From positions 248,001 to 312,000 of the forward strand of contig JASANG010000641.1 of NCBI GenBank assembly GCA_030248215.1: a stretch of 64,000 nucleotides of DNA, written 5' to 3'. The position numbers were made by a program, and so were the translations under genes. The notes below the pieces were generated by a model, which saw only the letters and a list, made by a program, of their open reading frames with translations, was not told where the DNA came from and made no database searches. Shown here in pieces: positions 10,981 through 25,800 of the stretch (positions within the stretch are counted from its first letter, which is position 1; each line of letters begins with the position of its first letter). Origin of the DNA: Enoplolaimus lenunculus. Lineage: Eukaryota.

Positions 10981-13900
10981 ACTGGTACTGGTTAATTATT
11001 GTTCTAATAATATGTTGGTTATAATTGGATTTGAGTCTTATGCCGTACGGATAGCGCCGTTTTCCAACAGTGCTGCTTAATTATTGTATATTTTATTATT
11101 TTACGCGTACCTTGTTTTTTGCTTGTTCAGATTAGTACAGTTGTGAATGTTAAATATCTAAGTTTTGGATTATTGTTTAGGTGTGTAACTTGCGCTATAT
11201 TTTACTGTGCCGGACGCCGTCGCCGCACGCCGGCGAATGTAGCGCAACCCTTTGGGTTGCGCTATACGTTACTGCGCCGAACATCAGCGCACGACGGAGT
11301 GCGGTAATTTTAATATAGTTTTACAGCGCCGCGAGCCGGTGACGTGCGGCACAAATTTTACCGTGCCGCGCCTAGACTGCACTTGATTTGCGACAATTTT
11401 ACGTGCGGCTGACTTGTACAGTTTCAGCGGTGTTATTGCTTGATAATTTAAAAATGAAACGACTTACCATGTGGTATAATCTTTTCTTGAATGTGGTGTG
11501 TATATATGTTTATTTTTGCAATATGAATGATTAAAAAGCGTACAGAAAATAAGTTTCAAAAATCTGGGATTTCTGAAAAACAACGTTTTTTATGTTTTTT
11601 GACAGTTAATTTTTTCGTTCGTAATAGTTTTTGTCGTCGGACTAGTGTAACATACACATCGCACACATTATTAGTATGTAACGTCTTTCTTTTAATATAT
11701 CCACTGTTATGGACTAACGAATTGGAAGGTGTTTTGTAAAAATGTGCATTTTTCCAATGTTTTATAATTTGCACAATGTTATGCAATAAAATTTGCAGAC
11801 ATCAAAACGCCAATGATAGATTTATGCACCTAATTGTCTGGCTGTAATTACATTCTGTGCGACGATAAATAATGATACGAAATTAGTATCGGTGTTAAGT
11901 TCTTTCGTATATATATCTATATATTGAAGCTTGAACGCCTCGCGTATGTGTTTTGGTCAGCGTTCCAATAGATTTTTGTATGCATTACGTGTGCAAATTA
12001 CGACTGTATGCATTGAGAATGTCTATGGTTTCGGATGTGTTTTATATAATATCACGGGCTCACGCAACAATTTAGCCTAAGAAAGGAGCTTTAGTCCAGT
12101 TACATATGTGTGCCACTACGTGTACTAGTACGTATATATTATAGGCGAAGAGTTGCAGCATAGACCCGTTGGCATTTCATAACGTAGGCTATCTTATAGA
12201 AACTGACGTGCTGAGTACAACGCCGTCAGGACCTCGCCGGATGCTTAGCATAGTGTAATGAATTATGCAAAAAAAATCATACTAAATGTGGCCTAGACCA
12301 GATACGCAGCCACAAATTGTTATAAGAGGCGGCAAGGTGTGATTTGAGTGATTATTTTTAGTTAAAAAAAGAAAAAGAAGTATTAAGTGAAGCAAGATTT
12401 TTCGTAATATAACATCTGTATTACTGGTTTGCGAGCCCTGTCAACATACGCAAACTAATAAATCACATGTTAGTTTACAAAATTCATATTACAGGCACAT
12501 ATTGAACTATTTGAAGGCTTACAGCATGTTGTTCTATGTATCTGTACATACGTACGTACGTCTACGAATATAATGATGTTTTTGTCTGTCTGGCAGTGAG
12601 ATATTTTTCTGTCTGTCGCAGCTTTTATCACCGACATGTGTCTGTGTGTTATAAGGGCTTTCTGTTTATGTTGGTTTGAAAAATAGCGTTGTGCGTTGTA
12701 TACAGAAAGGTTCTGAGCAGAGTCACAGATGGGTTTTGCTAACGTAGGGAGTGTGTTTTCGACATTGTTGTGATTGATTGTATTCGATACGTTTGCGTAT
12801 ACTGACAAATAAAGGTGGGGTAATGAAATTGGAATAGCATTGAGATTAAGGGACGCTGTTAAGATATCGGATGAGAATCTTAAATTCGGCAGACGTCATA
12901 GACTCGTTCTCGGCCTGACGGTTGGTATTGTTCAAAACGACACTGATTAGCTAAATGAACAGATTTCGTTGTTTAATGAAGTCCAACGGTAAGCAGCGAA
13001 AAATGTTCAGCTTAATACGCTCCCCTACAGGTTTTAGGCTCAGGCGTAGGTTGCGAAGGTAAGTCTAAGCCTTTACCCGAGTGTAAGATTTTGCATTAAC
13101 CTTAAACGAGCAGCCAGCAAATGTACGTATATGTGGAAATTTACAACTTAATGCAAATAAATGCTGTTCATTTTTGATATCCTTTAAAATGGCTTAAATT
13201 TGCATTGCTTTGATTCCATTGGATGGATAAAATAACGTTACACAGTTGGTTGACTATTATTTTTAGACATGAATTTTGATATATATATATATTATATGTA
13301 TATATATAGATTTGATAAAACCAAGAGTACGATATATTTGTGTGTTTCTTTGTTGTTAACTAGCGTTTTGTTTCATTCTTATTATAAGTAGGTGGAGAAC
13401 GTCACGGTGGCACCGAATCTACAATTTGACCGAATCAGAATCCATTGCTCATTTGCCGAATCCGAATTAGAATCCGAATCTTGTATATTGCAAATTTCAG
13501 TTTTATCTGTAATTTGTTTCAGAATATCAACGCAATGCCAGTAACTTTTAAAACGTTAATATATTTCGTGGCCGATCTCAGTTTTCAGATTTGGCAGCTA
13601 CACCGTTCAACTTAAAACTGTCGTAGAGCAAGACCCGCTAATGGTCGCGCAATTCTTAGTTTTTCCCGGAAAAGATTCTGTCGAAGTAATCATTCTTCAC
13701 TTTCGTCGCTAATTCCGGTAAGAAAACAGTGATTACCCGACAATTTTGACTAAATAAAATACATTTCGTATTAAGTTAGTTTGTTTGAAATGTGTGTATT
13801 GTCAACAATAACAGTAATGCTATGCTCTGTGCGCATCGCAGTCTAAACGGTGCAATTAATGTTTAGTATTTAATTTCATAATGTATATTTTTTATGATTT

Positions 13901-14450
13901 TTGTGTAAACTGACATTTATTATATATATACGTTGTACATTGTTCATAATTGATAAAATTGACTTGTTTTTCGACTATCTGATGCTCTTACAGAATTTAT
14001 TGTAGTGATTTGTAAGCTAAGCTTGTTTTTATATCGGCTATGTTTGATATTTATTGCAGATAAAAATTATTCGTAAATATTGTCATGTCAAGATTCAGAA
14101 TAAATTTTAAATTTCTATGCGAATACTGGCTGCAGCAAGTAACTTACTAGTTGCAGCGGCGAGTTCTCGCTCCACAAACTTACATGTATGAATATGGCTT
14201 AAACCAAGTTTTTCAATTGTCGCAAGTCGCACCAGTAAAATTGTATAAGCTATGAATACATGATGGTCAATTCTGAAGCTGATTTGTTGAAATGTAGCAA
14301 GGTAGGAAATTAATACAGAAATACGAGACTTGTTATACATTTACTAATCGTCTTGTAAAAGATGTGAAGTTACGTTTTCAAATGAATGTTCCTTCAAAAA
14401 GTAATTATAAAGCATTTTCTACTTTTTGAAATGTTATTGGTTTGATAATT

Positions 14451-14585
14451 GGGCCAATGTTACTTTTAAAGGGGCGTAAATGTTTAAGCGTATTCTAAGC
14501 CTAAGCAAAAAAACTTAATCTAGAATCTAAACCTACTCTTTTATGAACCCGCCAGAAACCTGGACGCCCCTTAAAGTAACAGGCC
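14451..14585. mobile_element. MITE, TTAGGC-carrying family (PIF/Harbinger-like)
   Basis: GGGCCAATGTTACTTT...AAAGTAACAGGCC inverted ends; internal TAAGCCTAAGC. Confidence 0.65.
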
Positions 14586-15131
14586 GTTAATTGTATCCTT
14601 GCTGTAGATATAATCGAGAAAGCATCAATTGTAAACTTGTTTTTCATAATGAGCTGATACGTCTACCGCTTTAATTCACCTGATATGCTAGATCGCTCTT
14701 AACTCCGCAAAAGATAGACGCCCATATTTGGAAATATGTATAGCATTTATCATCAGGTGCATGGGACAACGGGAGGTTCTGCATCCGGCTCCGGCAAGAA
14801 ATCAACCTCCGGTTCTGGTTAATTTTTTCCCGAACCTCCGGCAACTTTGGTAATGAAATTTTGCATATGGTTTTGAAAAATTTGGCGCGTTTTGTTTTAA
14901 CTTTTGCCACAAGTTTGAAGGAAAATTACTAGAATTCGTTAAAAAATAAGCGTAAAACCAATTTTCCATTGGGAAAGTGCAAACTAACCATCCGCTGTAT
15001 ATAAGTCCTTGAGTTGTTGAATTCGGTGTTCAAAGCATACGGGAGCCCACATGTCATGTAAAACTATGGGACATTATGCGAATTTTATATGATGTATAAT
15101 TTACTACAGCGAGTACCATAGATACTCCGCG

Positions 15132-15953
15132 CAGAGTTGAAGGGAGGTAAGGTTTTTTCCGACCCGCTCTTTACCAGCGCAAATATGAATTTTTTACCCG
15201 CGGGTATACCCGCGCTAAAAAGATGTACACGCGACCCACATTTTACCCGCGCTGGAGTTAAACCAGAATTTTAAAGATTGCTGGTGATTTGTAATTTAAT
15301 GAAGTTTTATGTTTAGGTATAGCTCCAGTGAATTTTACATATGAGAACATGCATACTAGAAACAACAAAACTTGAAACCCAACTAAATGAAGCACCCGTA
15401 TAACATTGCACAGCATCTGACCAGAAGGAAAACAGAACATATCACGTTACGTAACATCTGGAAGCTTACACGAAGCTGTTCACGTCCCCTGATTAGCTGA
15501 ATGATGGCATCACAACCCCGCTTTATATTGCACCGACATGCGTTGTTCTTATCAACATTTGACTAGTATAAATATCAGATGACTATTTGCCAGGGTGTAT
15601 TAACCGGATATCCGTTTCCGGAAAAATCGGTGTCCGTTTCCGTTAGTTGCAATACTGGATATATATCAGTAATGAAGGGCGGCGGAAAGCGGGTTAAAAA
15701 TAAATAACAGTCCGTAACCGAATAACAAAGGGTACCCTATGAAGAGGGCAAATATATGTCAGTTCCCCCCTTATTCGAGTCACTCACTACATTAGTTGCA
15801 AGCGTATGTTTTGCACGTTAACGCATAAAAAGTTGGTGCGGGTAAGAACTGCCAGTTTTTTTCCCGCGTGATACAAATCTTTACCCGCGGGTATATCCGC
15901 GCCTGAAATTTTTTACCCGACCCGCGATTACCCGCGGGTAATGTCCAACTTTG
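15132..15953. mobile_element. hAT-like non-autonomous element with nested fragments of other repeats
   Basis: Ends CAGAGTTGAA / TCCAACTTTG. Perfect 8-bp TSD ACTCCGCG at 15124-15131 and 15954-15961. Subterminal TTACCCGCG repeats. Contains a fragment of the CCCGAATAAG family (~15650-15782). Confidence 0.8.
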
Positions 15954-17037
15954 ACTCCGCGTTCCGGTGTTTTCTTTGCATGTTTAAATGGATAAAAATG
16001 TGGAAGATTGAAGCACGCATGTGGTTTTATCAATACCAGGTGTGTAAAACTGATGGTAAAAATAACGGAAACGTTTAGTCATCAAAATATTAACGGTAAC
16101 GGAAAACGAATATTTCAGTGCAAAAATTTCAAAGATGTTACCTGTTTTTCGGCCAACACAATTGATGAAGGCAAATTATCACCGGACTTCAAAAATGGTG
16201 GATGCAACGAAATTTTTAAGATTTCGGATAAATTGCGTAATTTTTGCTTCATATCGAACACTTGCAGCTCATTTATGATGAAAAATTCCGAGATATAAAC
16301 GTGGTTTATCACTAATTTTCAGCATATAACAGAAATTTCGGTATTTCTATAACGAAAACGGTACACCCTGCCAAATACGAGCCGGAAAAGTCGTTTCCAA
16401 CGGTGAAATCGCTCTGGACTGGAAATAGAATTAAAAAGTTGAATTCTAGTATCATATGATATTCAACAGGACAATCTGTTTTTATGCTACTTCAGGTAAG
16501 CAAAGAATCGGCAACATATCATATGATACTCACAGACAGTTTGTTGAATGTCGTATATTTAAGGCCGTCTCGGTTTATGGTAGGTCTGTAAACGAGTAGG
16601 CTTGATCCTAGACTACATTTCTTTTGTTTAGGATTAGGCTTAGGAGTACACCTGTTTTAGGCTTAATCTACTGTTACGGTCCTAAAAGTAACAATGGTCA
16701 ACTTTTCTATAGTAATACTGGATATATTTAACACGAGCAGAAACGATGCTCGAATTTTTTAAAGTTCAATCAAGGGTCCATTTACCAGATTCTAAGAGCT
16801 TTACTGACAACAAACGAATAAAACGTCTTTAATCGATGTAGAAATATATGTTTTGTCAATAATAATAGATTAAATTTCATTGCAAATCACTTGTACATAG
16901 AACAGGTCACTGTCAGTCCTTTGCGTATGCTCAGATTTATGAATATACGAACGTTTGAGGGACCTGTTCTATATATATATTGGCCGCAACCCTTGACCAT
17001 CTCTATACGGTTCCTTTCAATTAAGTCAGACAGACCA

Positions 17038-17230
17038 AGAATTTACGACAATTCATCACCCGACAACTTTTCGCGTGTACAGTCTCCTAAGCCTATGTTT
17101 ATAAGCCTAAACATAATCCTAAAAGCCGTAATGACAAGGAGCAATATGCCGACAGAGTCGAGTCGACGAGTTTTCGAGTACAGGATGTCGCTCGACGAGT
17201 CGTTATCAGGCGACGAATTGTCGTGATACC
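17038..17230. mobile_element. MITE, GACAATTCGTCG family
   Basis: ACGACAATTCATCACC...GGCGACGAATTGTCGTGATACC inverted ends. Related copies at 31551-31730 and 41527-41740. Confidence 0.7.
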
Positions 17231-17503
17231 ATATGCCAAGTAGGGGTTTTCTGTTCGCAATAGTATCAATTTCGTTTAGCAAACGCTGTGTGCTGTTTTT
17301 AGTTGAAACATCATTAATTAAAAATCCTCTGAAAAATAACGCAGAACGTACAAGTACCTTCAATCTTAACTGCACCGGCAAGCTTCCGTGGCTGATTCGA
17401 AAATTTCCAGTACGGAGAATATTCTGTATACAGCTTGTGAATTTTATTTTCTATCTTTTCCGTGAATCATATCTCTTTTGTCAGCTTTTTGTTTAGGAAA
17501 CAT

Positions 17504-17672
17504 GGTCAATGTTTAGAACAGGGCAGCAGTAGTAAGCATATTACTAAGCGTATACGCCAAAGCGTAAGAGTGAGCTTATACTTAAGTCTAAGCAAAAAAT
17601 ATATCTAAAGCTCATACTTACTCTATGGCAGTCCCGCCGAAAAACGTTCCGCCCCTGATGTTTACATGGGCC
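17504..17672. mobile_element. MITE, TTAGGC-carrying family
   Basis: GGTCAATGT...ACATGGGCC ends; internal degenerate CTAAGC repeats. Confidence 0.7.
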
Positions 17673-18173
17673 GAAAACACAATGGTTGGGTTTTTCAAAC
17701 CCTAATTAAATACGATTTCTATATATTATACTTTAGTGTTTGCTAAGCATGTATTTTAACAATTCATCGTTGTTGAAAACGTAAAATTTATCGCTCAAGA
17801 ACTATAATGAATTACAGACTAACAACAGTTCGGGCATACTATTCTTTGTTCAATTATGATTGTGGACTCATGGTTCTTTTTTAGTACAGAGCAAATTATT
17901 TAATATAAGTACTGGCACTGACCCATTATCGGTAATTCTTTATTTTTGTGTAATAAGTTAAGTATTTACTTAAAAGTCTAAGTTAATTAAGTAAAAGTAC
18001 TTAAGAAAACTTAAGTAAATACTTAAATAATAAGATTTTAGAAACCAAGCCAGAGCGAGCATCAGAAGTGCCAGTTGGCATACTCCAAGATTTACGCGTT
18101 GGGTTCAAAAGCTGTTCACTTTTTCATTCCTGCCAGCTGACCGGCCGAAGCCGCGTCACTTACAATTTAAACT

Positions 18174-19828
18174 TTAACGGCACGGATTGAAATAAACTGG
18201 TCGGTAGCCCTGGGGAAGCAAGGGTGCCGCTTGAAACGGTGGCTCGATTTTATTCGATGGATAGACGAAATCTGTTGATGGCGGCTGTGTGCCAGATGGA
18301 ATGGTTGATAAATATGGCGGCTGTTGAGCTGTGGAATCGTGTTTAATAACAACTTTAGTTGGCTCTTGAGTCAAATTGGCACGCTGCCAAGGTTGTGGTG
18401 GTTGAAAATAAGTTGTTGGTTGGGTAGTGTTTGAAAATTTGTCGACAGGATCACTACAGTGGTTTTGAGATCCATTTTTGGCTGTATCTACTGGGCGATA
18501 GGATTTTGTTGTTGGTGCCGGGTGTGGTCGAGATTCAATGGCACTAAGCGGAGGCGGCTTCGTTTGATCTGTTGGAGTGTTTCGTGGAGACGATGTTGAC
18601 ATTTGAAGTTTCCATGGTCGACTCGAAACCGAATCGTGTAGAGGTGTTGTTGACTGTGGGGAACACTTTGTTGCAGTAGTAGTTTGACCAGACTCAACTA
18701 AGTTTGCGTTCTAGAATAACAAATTGATACGTAGGCGTAGTCAATATTTTGAAAAGGGGGTCACGTTCTTTAAAATGTCAAAGCTATGGAGCTTGTGTTG
18801 CCTAAAATCTCCTGGACAGTAATCTCAAAAGGGTATGCCTTGAAGCCTTCTGCTACGCCGTTGGATTGATACACTGCTAGTCGGGTCTCTTCGAACTCAA
18901 AAATTGCTTCCTAACTTTAGGGGTGTTCAATTCATGATAGAACACTTTTGAACCGTTTTTTCCGTTTAAAAATTGAGCGAAGTCTCCGTATAGCCACAAA
19001 ATTTCGGGTTAAAAATGTCAATTAAAGCATTTTCTAGGCAAAAAATATCGTGATGCCACATAACTCACTTCAGACACTGCATTCCACCGCGAAGACCATC
19101 GTTGTTGTGGTTGAGCAGCGACTCGCGGTTGTCCACTCGTCGCTCGCATTCTTACGTCGGTACTCGAGTCAATATTTGCTCCTCGAGATTCGTACCGGGG
19201 TACGCATGCCTCTGCCGGAGCAAGATGAGCATATCCAACAGGCATTGCGACGCCTGACGGCAGCGGTGTCTTTGTCGGCGACTTCAAAGCGTTCTGGCGG
19301 TACGATATTTCGATCCGAGTTGGAGCTCCGTTAGTCAAGCTTCGTTCTTGACTTGGTGAGTTGTTGCAGTTGTTGCTGTTGTTTTCAGGATGTTTTCGGT
19401 TTCTTCCATCATTTTCAGCATCATCGTCGTAGTCCGGATTTGGAATGTACGGTAACCCGGAGGCAGTTGAGTGATTTTTGACATTTGGCGAATTTCGATC
19501 TTGGCCAACAGAGGAATCATGTATTTTGCGACTGCCAAACGTCTTTTGAACTCCACTTGCGTTGTTTCTGTCAGACCCAGCTTGTTTAGCCTTATTATCA
19601 CCTGAAATTGCTATCGATGTTGGTTTGAACGACGGTTCTACCCCTTCGAACAGCGGTGATTTGGATTTGGTGCTAGCGCCAGCGGGTCCATTGGAAATGC
19701 CTGATTCTGTGGCGCCCTGTTTGGTCACATACCTCGAGGCCATTCCGTTTGTTTGTGGCCCGGATTTGTCGACTTGGTTAATAGGGCCATCGAAATCGCC
19801 AAAGTATCTTACAGTCATTCGCTGACTC

Positions 19829-19890
<62 letters not shown>

Positions 19891-22800
19891 TTGTTGTTGT
19901 TGTCGCTGTTGTTGTTGATGATGATAATTTAACTTATCATTAACCTGATAATTATTCAAGTTATGTTCAAAGTTATTATTATAAACAGCCACCGTGGCGG
20001 CATTCGGATCGCAGTTCTGACGAGGAACTCCTTTGATCCCGAGAGGTGGAGTCGATTGAGCGTTGACATCTGAAAAGCTTAAGTTTGGAAAGGTTTGAGG
20101 GGCTAAGCCACCGGGTACCCCGTCATGAGGTGCTACTCCATGTCCGGATAAACGGTGGTTCGTTTGTGTGTGACCAGAATTGTGGCCATTTACTAGAATC
20201 GATTGCGTATACGAACCAATTTGTGCTTGATGACAGTTGTTTGAATCTGAAACACAAATAAACTACAATTGTTTTAATTTGCATTAATCTTTAATAATAC
20301 GTTTTATGTGCAAAATTTAAGAAATTGAGTGATAATATTTCAGTTGAAGCACGAAAGCGGGGTGCAATTTGATCAACGACACGCCTCATTTTTGCCGATT
20401 ATCAGTCAAATATTCAACGATCAGCAAGCCGTTTGCGCTGTACAAAACTACATTAATCACAAACACTTGTAGATATGCAGATATTTAGAAAGATGATGGT
20501 TAAAAAAGCGTGCAGACTACTGCAGACTATCGAGGTTACGGCCATGTATAGAACACTGCCGGAATAGTAGTACAAGCATATTCCTAAGCTTAAGCCAAAG
20601 CCTAAGCCTAAGCGTATGGATGAATTAGTCTAACGCTTAAACTGACTCTAGTATAGCCCGTCCAGAAAACGATCCCGCCCTGTTCTATGCATGGGAAAGG
20701 TTACGGTACGAAATCTCGGCACTGTTTGCATTTGTTATGCATACATGATGAATTTGTTCCAGTTGATCGAAGTTTATGGTAATGGTTGATTGCAAAAAAC
20801 GGTCACACTTACAAAATATTCAAATTCCACCCATTGGAGGGGATACCTGTTGCGCTCAGCACATCACAGACATCCGTATACTTACTTCGTTTGTCAGCCG
20901 TCGGTAATTTTTCATCCACAGGGCCAGTTTTGAAATTGCTCTCCGCTGCATGATCGCACGCACTATTGGTTTTGGAGTCGTTTCGTTTATGGCCGTCCGT
21001 AATTATACTACTTGCAACGCTAACGCTGTCTCCAAAAGCGGTCCCGGCTAACTCTGACGACCGCCTTCGCAGTGTCATTAAGTCACCTTTCGATTGCCGG
21101 ATGCGTTCTTCATCGATTTGAGTTCGTTTAAATTTCGCCTCTAAGTCACTGACCCAACTAAAATCAATATCTGAACTATCACCCGAATAAATATGTGCTG
21201 TTCGCGGAGTTAGCTGTCCGGACAGAAGTCCTCCTCCAGTTGTTGCGCTACCAGTGACGCTATCTTTACGATGTTGTGTCACCGTTGTTGACATGTCTTC
21301 TGGGGTTGGTTCTTCGATTGCAATCGTTTCGCGTTCGTTTTCAGACTCAGATTTTGACGATCGACGCCGAAACAAACTTGAAACTGAATTTTTCAACGCT
21401 CGAATGCTACCAGCGCTTTTCGTTTGACCTCTATTTGGCTTGTCTTGCCGATAATTGTTGCTTAGCAGCGTTTCTTCCGTTTCACTATTGACTGCTGAGA
21501 GTGATTTTGGTGTCTTTCCATCTCCGCCAATGCTATATCCATTGGTAAGCACCGCTCCGGTTGTTCCTTGAGTCGCTTGTTTTGAAGACTGCTGTCTTGG
21601 CTCGTTGTTGAAATCATAACGGTCGGACTCAGCGGATTTCTTACCTTGATACCAAGATTGATCATCATGTTGCGTAGTAACGCCATTTGTAGGTAGTTGG
21701 TTGCTATGGTAACCAACGTTACGCGTTGGTTCTGCAATAATCTTCGTGGGTTCGTTCCTCGCTGCGCGATAACTGTTCTGGTGTTGTTCTTCGTTGCCTG
21801 ATATGACATTTGAATGAAATGAACGACGCTGCGAAGGCTCTGGATCGATTTGTTCGTCGATGATTTTTGAATTATTTTGACTTCCACAACGAGCTGACTT
21901 CAATTTTTTGCTTTTACTGCCTAAAAACTCATTTGATAAAAGCACAAGTCGATGATAACTATAGACGACTGTCCACTGGGAGACGGGGGACTGAAGGACT
22001 TAGAACGTAGGAAGATTAGGCTTTTCGTTACGTTTAGGCTTCCATGAATAGATATAACCTTTGGTTTTGGGTGTTGCTCTCGAATTGAGAAATTCAGAAC
22101 TTTGAGCAAAAATATTTTAACACAATTGACTAAAAAACGTATTAATTTCTAATAACATTTTACATGGGTCGTACAAAACTTCCAAAATATGCAGAACAGT
22201 TTTGAAGTTCAGTTCAATGACTCATAAAAATAATTGTCAATTTGTGATATGTGACACATACACCATTGACAAAAACTGGCCAATCATCGAAAATTTCTAC
22301 ACTTACCATCATGGCTGGAATTAGTTCCGCCCATGCCGCTGCCAGACGCCACTGGTGACGCCATTGCAGCAGCTCGTTTTTCAGGAAAATCAAATGAACC
22401 AGTTTCGATTAAGCGTTTCTTGAAATCAGGCAATAATCTTGATGTCCCGTCGTACTCTAAATAAATTGGTTCAGAAGTCGTTGGATGTCTTGATGGAGGC
22501 GTTGCAACTGTGCTCAGTACGATCGGGTCTTCGTTGGCAGTTTCAGCCTGGAATTAAATTCAACTTTAAGTTGTTTTCGCCACCAACGCATGTATGTGCA
22601 AATGTTTATACTCTGGCCGAAGTTGTTGCAATGTTTGCAGCAGAGTTGGGACCGGTCGAGAAAAGTGCAACAGGGTCGGGCCGGCCCGTAGCTACGAAGC
22701 CGCCGGGCCAGGTTGGCCGGCGTTGTCAGTTATATACTTGTTCATTTCCACTATTCAGTTGTTGCAGCCGTTGTGACCCAAGCGAATTGTTAACAGAAAC

Positions 22801-25800
22801 GTACCCATATATACGTCGTAAACCAAAACCCACTAAGATATCGATAACAAATGCCATGCAACGTTATACTGCAGCAAATGCTATCACATATATAAAATAA
22901 ATTTGAATGAATAACCCCATGTCATATAATAGCTGACTTTTATTGTAGTCCAAAATTTAGCTATCAAGAACACCTCTGGTTTGTCGCCTCACCAACATCA
23001 TAGCAAGAAGCACAATCAACGTTAAGTGTTGTGATGGATCGGATTATTTTATGATTTATTTACGAAACAGAAACAGAAAAGAAGTTAGCAGAAGGAGCGT
23101 CGGTAAATTTGCGTATCGTAGTCCAACTTCAGAGACAGGGAGAACACCAACAGTATTGTATTGTATTGATTTTAAATATCCCCCGAATTTTTGTTATATA
23201 TTCGGTTCATTAATACTTTTACCATTGTATTTAGTTTGCACCTTGATTTTGATAATGAATTCTTATTCACATCTCTGCTTGCAATAAACAGTTTGTTTGC
23301 GAAAATTTTCTGGTGGTCCACGAGAGACTCGGTGTGCCATGTATGAACTCCGTGTAGCGGATATAAGCGCGCTTATGATCCTATTCTTGTGAGCATAGGT
23401 CAGCCTTTACCGACGCCTAAACCTTAGCGTAAATGTGTGAATAAAGGGAAGTGTACAAAAGCAAAAACTTACCCTTAATGGCGTATCACGATTGGGTTGT
23501 CGAAGCGCAACTTCAGCCGCAACATCAATAGATCGCCACGATTCTAGGGGATCAAACTTTGCTGACGTGGCACCGTTAGATTGGTTGTTGCTTTTTGGCC
23601 TCGGAGGTGGCACGGCGATTTTTATTGGTACAATTGGACCCGAAGGCGTATCAGAACGCGTCTCTTTAGTTTCGTTTTGCGACTTATTCCGACCTTCTTG
23701 AGCCGTCCGTTGCTTCGACGTTTTGTCTGCAACTGAGTTGATCAAAGTTGTCTTCGTTTGCGAGTTACCCTCGGCTTCGTGATGATTTTTGGTGCCAGTC
23801 GCTGTTTCTCGGCCTAATCCGACGCGATTTGTTTTCTGATGCTCTTTCTGCTCACCGTTGGATATTTGTTGCTCAACCAGTTGTCGTGTAGTCAGTTCTG
23901 CAGTTGTGGTCAGTACATTTCGTTCGCAATTATTGTCGCTTTTCGCCACCGTTTGCCCGTTACCCTTGAGAGTTTCGTAAATTGCTGTGTGTTGTTGCTG
24001 TTTTTGCTGATCTTGATTTTTATCTGTAGCGCCTTGCACCCCTGCATTTCCGTTTTGTCCGTATGAATGTCGGTTAATATCATTTGAATATTGCTGACCA
24101 TCGTCTCGTTTACTTGCCAACTCTCCAATTGACTGACTTCGTTGCTGCATCGACGAAGCTTCGTTCGATCGAGCAGAAACTCGTTTGCCAAGCGGAGTCG
24201 AACACTGTGATGTCCTGCCGGTGCCCCTTTGATGTGCGACGGATGATGACACTACTGAAGAGCGATCACATTCGATATCGGATTGCTGTTGTTGTTGCTG
24301 CTGCAGCTGTTGTTGTTGATTTCGCGATTTGTTTGAAGAAGTAGACGCCTTTTGTCGTCGCCACTTCCGCCGTTTTTCAGCTTTAGAATCAGTTCCGGTT
24401 GCGCTGGAATTACTTCCGGTCTAAAAAATTCGTTACAAAATAGCTTAAACATTGGTTGTGTTGCGGTTTAAAATCAATCTTTGTGCTTTAATTTTATTGC
24501 AGTTATGACATGACTAACTTTTCATCAAGGGGCGTAACATACGCCTTAAAGCGTTTTCCCAAATCTACTCCTAGGTGTCAGTGATAATAAAACTAAACAT
24601 TAGCCTAAACATAAGCGTAAACATTAGTCTACGCCTAAAGCAGTTTAAGTTGTCCTGTTGCAAAACACGACGCTCTTAAAAGCTAAAAGTAACAGTGGAC
24701 TGAATTATAACGGATTGTGCTAAATAAATCTGTCCCAACTTTATACAGCAATTGTCAATTGTACATACGGTTCCCACAGTGCAAATTTACAGGACAATTG
24801 CAAGAATCTTATTTTAGAAAAATATTATCATAGCAGCCGAAGTTGCACCCATGTGCAACTTTCCTAAAGTGCCGAGATTTCAAACGTTTTCACAAAGTGT
24901 ATACTATATCAACGAATGCTTTCGTTAATCCTTGCTTTAAGCTTGCAGGATTAGACTATGAATAAAATTCACACGTACTATTCTTTTGTTCAACGATATA
25001 TTGTATATTTTTAAAAACAATGTTTACCTACTTTGTGCTGGATCAGTGTCCAAAATACGTAAGTGGGACGTTTCAGCTTTAGTATATAGATATTCCGTTT
25101 GTATGCGTCCTTGCAGGTCCATAATTTTTAAAAGGATTGATCTTAAGCTCTCACTTAGAATTACTTCTGGAACATATTCTTACCTTCGATGCAGTAGCTG
25201 TGTTACTCGGTGGATCTTTGAACTGTGGGGACAAAGGTGTTTCTTTGCTCAAAACATTAGCGAATGAGGTTCCGGAAACCTGAATGCTATTGACATCAAA
25301 AGTCGATGCCGAAAATCTGCTATGTGCAGCCAGATTTCCCGGTTCCGGCGAAACTGCTCCAGTATGAAATGCAGCTGCAGTTGCAGCTGCGAATACATTG
25401 TCAACGCTTTGTGCTCGATTACTCATGGGCATCATTTGAACAGGACCGCCGACGGCCGGAGATGGCCCTGGAATCGGACCATAAGGACCTCTTTGAGACG
25501 CTGCATAAATTTCCGGTGCCAAGCCTGGTGGTAGATAGCCGGGACCGAAAAGACCTGGACTATGACGGATAGGAATATAATTAGGCTGCGGAATTGAACC
25601 CGTAGGGCCAATACGGACTCCAGACGCCAGCGCACTATCGGAACAAAACGATCCTTGCCTTCGTACGGCCGTATGGCCCCCTGGCGGCCCTCCTGGCACT
25701 CGGCTTATCCCAGGATTGCCATCAGGAATTTGAGGAAACTTTGGCGGTTGCTTTGATTTACGAGCTCCACCTCCAAAAATTCCAGGCGCCTTTTTGTAGC

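Noticed and set aside
24252..24452. Apparent frameshift between abutting ORFs 24252-24452 and 23407-24252
   Set aside because: The 23407 frame is open upstream to the acceptor at 24420; the split is an ORF-caller start-codon artefact.
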